A program made the translations under genes and the position numbers. The notes below the pieces were generated by a model. It worked only from the letters and a program-made list of their open reading frames with translations, was not told where the DNA came from and searched no databases. Of a stretch of 18,969 nt of DNA, positions 7,742 to 15,834 are shown in pieces. The stretch is taken from positions 1 through 18,969 of the forward strand of contig JANNXQ010000096.1 in assembly GCA_031409655.1 (NCBI GenBank). Reading direction: 5' to 3'. Every line of letters begins with the position of its first letter. Within the stretch, counting starts at the first letter, position 1. Source of the DNA: Chthoniobacteraceae bacterium. Lineage in GTDB: Bacteria > Verrucomicrobiota > Verrucomicrobiia > Chthoniobacterales > Chthoniobacteraceae.

Positions 7742-8880
7742 CGGGGCGCGAGGTCGAGGATGGGCGCGGCTTTCGCGGCGGGGTTGAGCCACACGAGGCG
7801 TTGCGGGTAGGGCCGGTCGTAGTGTAGCAGGTAGCCGTCGCGGTCGCGTTTGCCGTGGCGCAGGCAGCCGGGTAGGCGCGAGAGGCGCACGGCGGAGAGT
7901 GCGCCACCGTCTGCGCCGAGCGGGCACACGATGGGCAGCAGGTCGTCGCGCACGGCATCCCATGCGGCTTTGCTCTCGGCGTTCACACGCACCAGGGCGT
8001 GAACGCTGCGCCCTCCGCTCGTGTAGGCCGCGACTATGGGAAAGGGCAGTTGCACGAGTGCGCGCAGCCACAGGTCGGCGGGGGCTTCGTCGCTTTCGAG
8101 CACGAGGTAAGGCCAGCTCGTAACGCACGCGGCGTGTCGCCGGCCAAGTTGCACGAGGCCGGCCGCATTTCGGTTGTTCGCGTTCGGCAGCCATGCGCCC
8201 GTCACGGGTTGCACGAGCCACCACACGCCTTCCGGCGCACCACTCGGCAGCGGCGACGGCACCGCGCGCACGCCGGGCACCGCGGCGAGCCGGTAGGCAC
8301 CGCGCGACGGCTCGAAAAGGAAGTCGCCTTGCGAGAAATTCCGCGTGAACACGAGCACCCGGTCGGCGGGCGCATAGAGCGCAGAGAGGAAGGCGGCAGC
8401 CGTGGCGACGCCTTGCTCGTGCTCCGCTGGCACCGGCACGGGCGAACGGTCGGCGAGCCAATCGAGCGTCACGACGACGGGGCACCGGGCGGCGAAGTCG
8501 GCGAGCCTGGGCGCGTCGTAGGGCGGGCGTTTCGGCGCACGCGGCGGCACTGGTGCCGCTGGCACGTCTGCGCCGAGCACGGGCGCGGCAACGGCACCGG
8601 TGCCGTTGCTCTCGGCAATGGCGATGCGGCGGCGCAGCTCGTGATTGAAGGCTGCCACGAGGTCGGCGCAGCTCGCGTGAACGCAATGCGCGGTCGGCAC
8701 ACCGTCGAGCTTCACCACGAAGTCACGCCGGCCATTGCGCCCCGTGTGCCGATCTTCACCAGGGCACTTCGCAAAGCCGTCACGATCGAGGGCGCAGCCT
8801 AGCAGTTCGTGCGCAATTTTGGATCTCAGCGCGAGGTCAACCACGGGGCGCGTCTCCCGTTCCTGCCAAGCGTTCGTCAA
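7738..8880 (-). CDS. Putative AEP-superfamily (RepB-like) DNA primase with N-terminal zinc finger
   Basis: CPGEDRH...HCVHASC Zn-binding motif; YLVLESDE, YTSGGRSVHALVRV and RLSRLPG match AEP motifs I-III. Start uncertain (TTG 8880 or GTG 8844). Confidence 0.78.
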   Translation of the reverse strand: MTNAWQERETRPVVDLALRSKIAHELLGCALDRDGFAKCPGEDRHTGRNGRRDFVVKLDGVPTAHCVHASCADLVAAFNHELRRRIAIAESNGTGAVAAPVLGADVPAAPVPPRAPKRPPYDAPRLADFAARCPVVVTLDWLADRSPVPVPAEHEQGVATAAAFLSALYAPADRVLVFTRNFSQGDFLFEPSRGAYRLAAVPGVRAVPSPLPSGAPEGVWWLVQPVTGAWLPNANNRNAAGLVQLGRRHAACVTSWPYLVLESDEAPADLWLRALVQLPFPIVAAYTSGGRSVHALVRVNAESKAAWDAVRDDLLPIVCPLGADGGALSAVRLSRLPGCLRHGKRDRDGYLLHYDRPYPQRLVWLNPAAKAAPILDLAPR

Positions 8881-9199
8881 TGAGCCGGATAGCTTCCATG
8901 AAGCATCGGCGAAGATGGTGAAGCAGGGCCACGCGGGCCTTGGCTACGGCTTCTTCGCGCGGCAGCAGGCGGGCGAGGTCGGCCAAGTAGCGGCGTGAGT
9001 TGTTGTCGAATTCGACGGCGAAGAAAAAGCGGGCGGCACCGCCCATTGTGTCTGTGCCGGCGGCATTGTCGGGGCTGCGAAAAATGGGAGAGAGCAAAGC
9101 GCAGAGTTGCCAGGCTGCCACCACGTCGGGCGGGTAAGGGTTGGCGGGCGCGGGCGGCAGGTCGTCGCCGGCATCGGCGGGAAAGAGGTCGTCTTTCAT
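8837..9199 (-). CDS. Hypothetical protein (120 aa)
   Basis: Fills the gap between the HTH and primase genes with tight spacing; ATG at 9199. Confidence 0.6.
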   Translation of the reverse strand: MKDDLFPADAGDDLPPAPANPYPPDVVAAWQLCALLSPIFRSPDNAAGTDTMGGAARFFFAVEFDNNSRRYLADLARLLPREEAVAKARVALLHHLRRCFMEAIRLIDERLAGTGDAPRG

Positions 9200-9203
9200 G
9201 GCC

Positions 9204-9437
9204 TTAGACGCGCGCTTTGATTGTGAACTGTTTCGCAATAGCCGCTGCACAGTCGCGGGGATTAAAGAACGTGCGCCTTCCGACCTTCACCACGGGAATC
9301 AATCGCTGGCGTTGCCATTGTCGCCACGTTCTGAGGCATGGTCGCGACGACGAATCAGGGAAGAGAATTTCGAGGGCGGCATCGGGGCCGACAAGGCCGG
9401 TGGGTGGGTTCGGTTCGGTGTTGGTAGGCAGTGACAT
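9204..9437 (-). CDS. Excisionase/AlpA-like MerR-type winged HTH protein
   Basis: 77 aa; LRTWRQWQRQRLIPVVKVGRRTFFNP resembles the excisionase 'IP..KVGR...F' wing; heads the replication operon. Confidence 0.8.
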   Translation of the reverse strand: MSLPTNTEPNPPTGLVGPDAALEILFPDSSSRPCLRTWRQWQRQRLIPVVKVGRRTFFNPRDCAAAIAKQFTIKARV

Positions 9438-9478
9438 GCACCTAGCTTCCCAAACGCCGGCAGCCACAGCGGCGGGGC

Positions 9479-9596
9479 GCAAAGCCGCACACCGTCACGC
9501 AATCGACGGCGCGCAACACGGGGCAAAATCTCCCCGGCGAGGCTGTGTCTGTCAGCGGTTCGCCGGCAAAGCCACGGCAGAAGGTCGCAAAGCCGC
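9479..9596. promoter_or_regulatory. GCAAAGCC(G/A)C direct repeats upstream of the xis-rep operon
   Basis: Copies at 9479-9488, 9566-9575 and 9587-9596. Confidence 0.5.
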
Positions 9597-9599
9597 GAC

Positions 9600-10367
9600 T
9601 TACTCGCCGCGAGGGTGTGCAAGCGGTTTTCTTCGCCTCACTGCACGTTTTTTCTCTTCGCCGCGCAGAAGATTCCCCTTCGTGCGTTTCATGTTTTCCC
9701 TCGCCAGTCGGTCACGCCAATAGGCGAATTCGCGATGGATGTGCGGGACGAAAAGGGAGTTGGGCCAATGGTCGGTTTCGACGCGGCGAAGGAATTTGTT
9801 CACGCGCTCGTCAGCGTCTTCAACCTCCCGGCACTCCATGCCTTTTTCAGTCGTCACGAATTCATGGCCTAGCCAGCCGAATAGGAAGGCACGAAAGAGT
9901 CCGGCACCGCGCAGCTTCACGCCGCGAACAACTACACCGTCGCGGCATTGGCTGTTGAGCAGGGCCATGAATCGCTTGTGCGGCATCGGGTATTTTTCCG
10001 CGTCAGGATCGAAGCCAATCAGCTTCACCAGGTCGGCGTGTTTGATTTCCTCCCGTTCCCGCCATTTGTCGTGTTCGGCGAGGTCGGCGCGTTCCTCTGC
10101 AAGAACCTGCGCGCACTCCCAAACGAGCCGCAATGCTTCGCCGGCACCTTCGCGCGTCTTGGGGAGGTTGAGCGTGCCGATCAAAGCCGCGAGTTCGGCG
10201 GGGGTCAGCTTCGGGCGATGCTCGACGGCGAGCCGAAAAAGCGGCGTGACGGGCAAGTGACGCGCCATCTTGCTTGAACCGTGGGTGAAGTATTCACGCG
10301 GCGGCAGTGGTTCGCTTTTTCCGCGCGTCGGTTTCGCCTTTTTCGTCTTGGGCTTCATCGGTTTCAT
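9600..10367 (-). CDS. Hypothetical protein (255 aa), basic termini
   Basis: Co-oriented ORF with protein-like composition; ATG 4 bp after the TGA of integrase-end copy R3; no family recognised. Confidence 0.7.
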   Translation of the reverse strand: MKPMKPKTKKAKPTRGKSEPLPPREYFTHGSSKMARHLPVTPLFRLAVEHRPKLTPAELAALIGTLNLPKTREGAGEALRLVWECAQVLAEERADLAEHDKWREREEIKHADLVKLIGFDPDAEKYPMPHKRFMALLNSQCRDGVVVRGVKLRGAGLFRAFLFGWLGHEFVTTEKGMECREVEDADERVNKFLRRVETDHWPNSLFVPHIHREFAYWRDRLARENMKRTKGNLLRGEEKKRAVRRRKPLAHPRGE

Positions 10368-10371
10368 GGGT

Positions 10372-10471
10372 TCACGCGGCAGTCATCCGCACCACTTTCG
10401 AGGCGTTATGCCGAACAGGTTGCACGATGTGCCGGAAGTCATTGCGCTTCGTCGGTGGTGGCGAGGGTGAG
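10372..10471 (-). repeat. R3: degenerate copy of the integrase 3' end
   Basis: Encodes ...DFRHIVQPVRHNASKVVRMTAA*. About 76 of 100 aligned columns match the integrase end (manual alignment), including an exact 23-bp block. Confidence 0.88.
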
Positions 10472-10478
10472 CCGCGCG

Positions 10479-11609
10479 TTATTTTTTTAAGGCCGCAAAT
10501 AACTTGGCAGCGAGATCTTGAGCTTTGACTCGCATTGATGGCGAGAGGACAGATTCCATCTGGGATAAGTTCGCTTTTGCGTGGGCGTTCCCGAGGGCCG
10601 TAGCGACGCTCGTCCATGCGTAAGCCTTGCGCGCGTTTTTGAGCACGCCTGCACCAGTCGCGTATCGCACGCCAAGATTATACTGAGCTTCGGCGTGTCC
10701 TTTTTCGGCGGCTTTCTTATACCACTCACATGCCTTGCGGGCGTCTTTTGGCACGCCCTCTCCCTTTGCATACATCACGCCGAGGTTGTTTTGGGCGTCG
10801 GTATGTCCTTGTTTAGCGGCTTTCTCGTACCACTCACAAGCCTTGCGCGCATCTTTGGGCACGCCATCTCCCGTTCCATAAATCGCACCGAGATAATATT
10901 GCGCTACGGCGTGGCCTTGTCCGGCGGCTTTCTCATACCATTGACATGCCTTGCGCACGTCTTTGGGGACGCCCTCCCCGGTCCCGTGCATTACACCAAG
11001 ATTATAGTGCGCCCCGGTATGTCCTTGGTTGGCGGCTTTCTGATACCACTCACATGCCTTGCGCGCGTCTTTGGGCACGCCAGTTCCCGTTCCATACATA
11101 AAGCCGAGGCTACACTGCGCGCGCGCGTCACCCTGTTCAGCAGCCTTAGTGTGCCACTCGTGGGCCTTGGCCTCGTGTTTGGGAACGCCCTCACCATTTG
11201 CGTATCGCACGCCGAGATAATATTGGGCAACGGCAAGTCCTTGTTCGGCGGCTTTCCCGTACCATTCACAAGCCTTGCGCGCGTCTTTTGGCACGCCTTC
11301 CCCCGTTTCATACATCACGCCGATATTATGCTGCGCCCCGCTGTGTCCTTGTTCTGCGGCTTTCTTATACCACTCACTGGCCTTTTGCGCGTCTTTTGGC
11401 ACGCCGTTTCCGTTCGCGTACCTGTGCCCCAAGATGAATTGCGCTAGGGCATACCCCTGGCATGCAGCTTTCTCATACCACTCGCATGCTTTCCGCGCGT
11501 TCTTGTGCACTCCCTCGCCATTCGCGTACATCAAGCCGAGGTCACACTGTGCGTGGGGATATCCGAGATTAGCGAACACCTTGGTAGCGATAAGCGCGTC
11601 AGCGAGCAT
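10479..11609 (-). CDS. Sel1-like repeat (SLR/TPR) protein, 9 repeats
   Basis: 36-aa repeats AQY.LG.MY..GEGVPKDARKACEWY.KAA.QG; 108-bp DNA periodicity; lower GC than its neighbours. Confidence 0.95.
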   Translation of the reverse strand: MLADALIATKVFANLGYPHAQCDLGLMYANGEGVHKNARKACEWYEKAACQGYALAQFILGHRYANGNGVPKDAQKASEWYKKAAEQGHSGAQHNIGVMYETGEGVPKDARKACEWYGKAAEQGLAVAQYYLGVRYANGEGVPKHEAKAHEWHTKAAEQGDARAQCSLGFMYGTGTGVPKDARKACEWYQKAANQGHTGAHYNLGVMHGTGEGVPKDVRKACQWYEKAAGQGHAVAQYYLGAIYGTGDGVPKDARKACEWYEKAAKQGHTDAQNNLGVMYAKGEGVPKDARKACEWYKKAAEKGHAEAQYNLGVRYATGAGVLKNARKAYAWTSVATALGNAHAKANLSQMESVLSPSMRVKAQDLAAKLFAALKK

Positions 11610-11667
11610 TGCAGTTTCCGCAAGGGATCAGTAGCGTTTGCCTGTTGCGCAGTTCACAGGAAGTTCC

Positions 11668-11906
11668 CGTACTCAATCCCCTTGGCTACGTCGGTGAAAT
11701 GGTTTCTCAGCTCGCGCACGATGGTTGTCTTTACTGTGGTACAAGCGTGTCTCACAAGGGCCGGGAGGTCAACGGCGTTCGCCCGGCCGCGTCGCGCGGT
11801 CATGCGCACCACTTTCGAGGCTTTGCCGGCACCGGGCGGCAGAATGCGCCAGAAGTCTTGCCCTTCGTCGGTGGTGGCGGGGTTGAGGTAGTGCCGGCGC
11901 AGCATG
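11668..11906 (-). repeat. R2: 239-bp copy of integrase 3' end + TA promoter + antitoxin 5' fragment
   Basis: Ungapped match to 12541-12779 (offset 873 bp), ~32 mismatches by manual count (~87%). Integrase stop TGA>CGA; antitoxin ATG>GTA. Confidence 0.93.
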
Positions 11907-11920
11907 GCGAGCGCGGGCCG

Positions 11921-12367
11921 CTACGGCTTCACCTTCAACCCGGCAGCCTTGGCGAGCTTGCGCTGGCGCGCGTCGAACGAGAGGAAGATTTTCGCGCCCG
12001 ATTCGAGAGCGAGCGCGACGTGCAAGAGGTCAATGGTGCGCTGGCCTTCCGTCGCCGCGTGCTTCTCGCTCAATTCGTCGGCGCGGCGGAAAACATCCGT
12101 CCACCCGGCAGGCGTGTGAACGAGCAAACCGTCGCGCAGGTCGTCGTCGATTCGATGGAAGGCCGCACGCCTTTCGCTATCGGAAATCTCACCGCGACCG
12201 GCAGCGTTGCGCAGGGCATTGCGTGCTTCGATGCGATGCAGCGGGGTGAACAGCAACGGCTCGGCGGTGCGGGCCATGTAGGCGGCAGCGTCCGCACTGC
12301 GGGTGTCATTGGAGACGAGAGAGACGAGAAAACTCGAATCCGGGTAGGAGTTCGTTTCCATCGCCAC
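11921..12367 (-). CDS. vapC: PIN-domain toxin, type II TA system
   Basis: YPDSSFLVSL, IEARNAL, RTIDLLHVALA and FLSFDARQ carry the PIN acidic residues; abuts the antitoxin stop. Confidence 0.92.
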   Translation of the reverse strand: MAMETNSYPDSSFLVSLVSNDTRSADAAAYMARTAEPLLFTPLHRIEARNALRNAAGRGEISDSERRAAFHRIDDDLRDGLLVHTPAGWTDVFRRADELSEKHAATEGQRTIDLLHVALALESGAKIFLSFDARQRKLAKAAGLKVKP

Positions 12368-12607
12368 TCAATCGCGCAAATCCGACCACAGCTTTTCCGT
12401 CGCGGCTTTCGACATGCCTTTGCCGACGGGCGGGAACGCTTTCAAGCGCGCTGCCCAATCCACCTTGCGCGGCTTGGTGGGCTTGGCCGGGGCGAGCGTG
12501 GCGAAGGCCGTGCCGTTGCGGGTGATGGTCACGGCTTCGCCGTGTTCAATCCACTTGGCTACGTCGGCGAAATGGTTTCTGAGGTCGCGCACGGTGGCTG
12601 TCTTCAT
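12368..12607 (-). CDS. Phd/YefM family antitoxin
   Basis: MKTATVRDLRNHFADV...GEAVTITRNG..FATLAP, 79 aa, directly upstream of the PIN toxin. Confidence 0.92.
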   Translation of the reverse strand: MKTATVRDLRNHFADVAKWIEHGEAVTITRNGTAFATLAPAKPTKPRKVDWAARLKAFPPVGKGMSKAATEKLWSDLRD

Positions 12608-12608
12608 G

Positions 12609-12645
12609 GTGATACAAAGGTGTCTCACGAAGGGCGAGAGGTCAA
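12609..12645 (-). promoter_or_regulatory. TA promoter/operator
   Basis: Minus strand TTGACC (-35) and palindrome GTGAGACA-CCTT-TGTATCAC immediately before the antitoxin ATG. Confidence 0.65.
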
Positions 12646-12664
12646 CGGCGTTTCCCCGGCAGCG

Positions 12665-14227
12665 TCACGCGGTCATCCGCACCACTTTCGAGGCTTTGCC
12701 GGCACCGGGCGGCAGGATGCGCCAGAAGTCTTCGGCTTCGTCGGTGTTCGTGAGGTTGAGGTAGTGCCGGCGCAGGATGCTTTCGGTGTTTCCACCTTCC
12801 AAGGCCGCGCGCTCGACGCTCTTTTCCGCACCAACGACGTAGGAGAAAAACGAGTGCCGCAACACGTCGTGTTCCAAGGCAAAGCGGGCGCGAATGTGCT
12901 TCGTCATGCGGTCGGCGTTCGTGGGCCAAATCTCGCCCTCGAATCGGGTCAACCACTGGTGCAAGGCGGGCCGGATGGTCGTCTGCCGATACTGGTGCGT
13001 TTTGCTGATTTCGGGTTGGACGTGGATAACGCCGCGCGCGAGGTCGAGCAGCTTCGCGCGTTCGGGGTGCCGGGCGAGTTTCAGCAGTTCGCCATCGGGG
13101 CCGCTGCGCAGGCCGGCGAAAAGCGCGAGGGCGAAATACTCGGCCATTGCCCCGCCTTCGTAGCTCGCGGCGTAGGCCATGAGTTCGCGAGCCTGCGCCA
13201 CCGTGAGAACGTGCGGCACGCCGCGCCCAAGTTTGAACTTCGCCACGGCAGAGGCGGGATTCTCGGCGCACCAGCGGCGTTGCTTGTCGGCGCACCAGCC
13301 GAGGAAGGTGTGAAGGTCGGCGCGGGCGTTGTTCCAGGTCTTGCGGGCCGCTGCGCTGCCATCCTTCGCGCGCAGGCCGCGCAGGAAGGCTTCCACGTCG
13401 CCCGTGCCGATCTCGTGAACGGCGGGCACCTTCGCGCCCTCGACGCTGGCGACGACGGCAGCAGCCAAGTCGCGGTCGGTGGGCTGGCGCAGGCTTTCGA
13501 TTGCGTCGCGGGCCGCTGCCACGGCATCGCGCAGGGCGGGGTCGAGCTTGCGGCGCAGCAGGCCGGGCACGTCGTCGGCATCTTCGGCAGCCTTGCGCCC
13601 GGCTTCGCGCAGGGCGGGGTCGAGCCGGCGCACGATCTCCGCGAGTGTCGCGGCGCGTTCGCTGCCGATCTCCGCGCGCACCCGGTCGATTTCCGGCCGC
13701 AAATCGGTCGGCAGCAGGCGCAGCGTGGCGAAGCCGATGAACTGCCCCAAAGTCGAGCGGAGTTGCACCAGCGAACGCGGGCGCACGCCTTCGCGCTCGC
13801 GGGCGTCGAGGAAAGCGTCGCGCGCGGCGTCGAGGGCCACGGGGTTGTCAGGCTGCGCGAAGGTGCGCAGGAAGTAGTCCACCGCTTCGCCGAGCGTGTA
13901 GCGTGCGCCGAGCCGGGTGAAGGCGGCTTCCGCTTCCTCGACGTGCGCCTTGGAAAGCCGGGTCACGACGTTGTGCAGGCTGGTGTCGGTGTTCGCCAGT
14001 TCGACGTTCTTCGTGGCAATGAAGGCTTCCGCTTCCTCGCGGGTCTTGAACCGCTTGCGCCCGTGCCGGCCATCGGCTTCGCGCCAGCCTTGCACGAGGA
14101 AGGTCGTCCACGAGTAGCCGTCTTTGCTTTCGATGATCTCGCGAAGGGTGAGGCTGCCGATGGGTTCACGAGCCGCGCGACGGGCGCGGCGCGGGGCGGT
14201 CTTGCGGGGAAGTGTGTTCGCTTTCAT
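12665..14227 (-). CDS. int: Tyrosine recombinase/integrase (520 aa)
   Basis: FAGLR, ISKT, DVLRHSF, GGNT and RRHY catalytic motifs; N-terminal arm-binding-like RKRFKTREEAEAF; adjacent to attR. Confidence 0.95.
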   Translation of the reverse strand: MKANTLPRKTAPRRARRAAREPIGSLTLREIIESKDGYSWTTFLVQGWREADGRHGRKRFKTREEAEAFIATKNVELANTDTSLHNVVTRLSKAHVEEAEAAFTRLGARYTLGEAVDYFLRTFAQPDNPVALDAARDAFLDAREREGVRPRSLVQLRSTLGQFIGFATLRLLPTDLRPEIDRVRAEIGSERAATLAEIVRRLDPALREAGRKAAEDADDVPGLLRRKLDPALRDAVAAARDAIESLRQPTDRDLAAAVVASVEGAKVPAVHEIGTGDVEAFLRGLRAKDGSAAARKTWNNARADLHTFLGWCADKQRRWCAENPASAVAKFKLGRGVPHVLTVAQARELMAYAASYEGGAMAEYFALALFAGLRSGPDGELLKLARHPERAKLLDLARGVIHVQPEISKTHQYRQTTIRPALHQWLTRFEGEIWPTNADRMTKHIRARFALEHDVLRHSFFSYVVGAEKSVERAALEGGNTESILRRHYLNLTNTDEAEDFWRILPPGAGKASKVVRMTA

Positions 14228-14268
14228 CTCCGTGCATTGTGCTTCCTCTCATCCGTGAGAACAAGCGA

Positions 14269-14295
14269 AAATTTGCCGGGGTAGTTGCCGGGGTA
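14269..14295. repeat. Putative integrase arm-type sites near attR
   Basis: 27 bp identical to 5319-5345. Confidence 0.75.
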
Positions 14296-14330
14296 TAGTA
14301 ACTTTATAGCAAGTAAGCCGATGGTCGTCC

Positions 14331-14381
14331 GGCTCATAACCTGAAGGTCGTAGGTTCAAATCCTACCCCCGCAACCACTTT
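14331..14381 (+). repeat. attR core (duplicated tRNA-Met 3' part)
   Basis: GGCTCATAACCTGAAGG...CCGCAACCACTTT identical to 5170-5220; lacks the tRNA 5' part. Confidence 0.95.
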
Positions 14382-14424
14382 GAGCTTCGTGCAGACTGTC
14401 GTGTGCACTTTTGCCATCGGAGTC

Positions 14425-15834
14425 TCAGCGGACCATTTTCACCGTGAAGGTCGTGGTGTTGTCCAATTCACTGACCACTTTGATACTCCCGCCGTGGGCT
14501 TGCACGATGGCCCGCGTGATCGCGAGGCCGAGGCCGCTGTGGCCGGGGGCGCGGGCTTTGTCGGCGCGGTGGAAGCGCTCGAAGATGTGAGGCAGATCCT
14601 CGGCGGGAATGCCGGGTCCGGTGTTGCTCACGGTGAATGTGGCGGCATCGTCGTCGCGCTTGGTGGTGATCCGGACTTCACCGCCTTCGTGGTTATAGTC
14701 GATGGCGTTGCTCAGTAGGTTGATGACCACTTGCGCTAGGCGCTCGTCGTCGCCTTGGCAGGGTGCGGGGGAAAGTTCGGCGTGGATTTCGATGCGGTGG
14801 CGGTCGGCGAGGGGTCGGATAAGGGAGATGCAGTCTGCGGCGATTTTGGAGAGATCACATTCGTCGCGCCGCATCTGCTCCTGGCCGGCGTCGAGGCGCG
14901 CGAGGGTGAGCAGGGAGTCGATGAGCTGGCGCATGTGTTGCGCAGCGCGCTGGCTGGCTTCGAAGGCTTCGCGGTGTTCTTCGTTCGGGCATTCGCTGGC
15001 GAGGGCGTTTTGCGAGTGCGTGAGGATCACGGAGACCGGCGTGCGAAGTTCGTGCGCGGCATCCGCCGTGAAGCGCGCCTGCTGGGCAAAGGCGGCGTCG
15101 AGTCGGGCGAAGGTCGAATTCAGCACGCTGGCGAGGCGGCCCAGCTCGCTATCGGTGTCGGCAGTGCTGATGCGCTGGGAGAGATCGCCCGCCGCGATCT
15201 TCGCCGCGGTGGCGCTGATCTGATCGATAGGTCGGATCGCCCGCGTGACCAGCCATCCGCCGCCCACCAGTCCCGCGGCCAGCACCACGCCGCCGACTCC
15301 GGCGAGCAACGCGGCGAGCGTGCGCAGATCGGCCTGGTCGGCGGCGATGGAGCGGCCCACGAGCACGCAATCCACCGGCGCGGCGAAGAGGAACGATTCG
15401 CGCAAATCGCCGCGCATCCGCACCGCGGGATTGCGCGCCTGCGGTTGCGGCAGATCGGCGGGTGCGTTCGCGGAAAGCCGGATCGGCTCTTTCCCCCGCA
15501 TCCAGACGGCAAAGTAATATCCCGCACCGTTGGCAAAGAGCGCGGACTGCTCGGGCGTAAGTCGCAGCTCAGAGAGTGGCGCGGGACTTGGTTGCCGCCC
15601 CGAGCCTGGCGGCGCCTGCGGCTCGCGCCGACCTCCAGTCGGGACCGGGCGCGGCGCAGTGCGCAGCGCGACGACCAGTGCCGAGAGTCGCTCCTGCAGT
15701 CCCTCGTCGATCCGCCGGAACTGCCGCGCTCTTTCCAAATGATACGCGGTAAGGCCAAACCCACTCAGCACGGCGACGAGCAGTGCGCCATACCAGAGTT
15801 GCAACCGCCAGCGGAGGGAACGCGGAAAAAACAT
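14425..15834 (-). CDS. Two-component sensor histidine kinase (HAMP-HisKA-HATPase)
   Basis: Two TM segments, FTADAAHELRTP H-box, NLLSNAIDY N-box, GLGLAI G-box. TGATG overlap with the regulator. Confidence 0.95.
   Translation of the reverse strand: MFFPRSLRWRLQLWYGALLVAVLSGFGLTAYHLERARQFRRIDEGLQERLSALVVALRTAPRPVPTGGRREPQAPPGSGRQPSPAPLSELRLTPEQSALFANGAGYYFAVWMRGKEPIRLSANAPADLPQPQARNPAVRMRGDLRESFLFAAPVDCVLVGRSIAADQADLRTLAALLAGVGGVVLAAGLVGGGWLVTRAIRPIDQISATAAKIAAGDLSQRISTADTDSELGRLASVLNSTFARLDAAFAQQARFTADAAHELRTPVSVILTHSQNALASECPNEEHREAFEASQRAAQHMRQLIDSLLTLARLDAGQEQMRRDECDLSKIAADCISLIRPLADRHRIEIHAELSPAPCQGDDERLAQVVINLLSNAIDYNHEGGEVRITTKRDDDAATFTVSNTGPGIPAEDLPHIFERFHRADKARAPGHSGLGLAITRAIVQAHGGSIKVVSELDNTTTFTVKMVR

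Noticed and set aside
7742..8686. N-terminal extension making the helicase ORF 845 aa
   Set aside because: Arg-rich off-frame overlap with the primase; the ATGA-coupled ATG at 7741 is the better start. No slippery site was noticed to support a frameshift fusion.
10479..11609. CRISPR-like array or DGR from the periodic repeats
   Set aside because: The 108-bp periodicity is explained by Sel1 coding repeats; no unique spacers, cas genes or reverse transcriptase.
10372..12779. Classical integron or shufflon explanation for the cassette array
   Set aside because: No attC-like imperfect palindromes or IntI features recognised, and the repeats are direct rather than inverted as in shufflons.
11609..14284. 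891-aa plus-strand ORF
   Set aside because: Antisense shadow of the integrase and TA genes in GC-rich DNA; no recognisable motifs.
14331..14377. Second tRNA-Met gene
   Set aside because: Only the 3' part is present, with no acceptor 5' strand or D-arm; it is attR.
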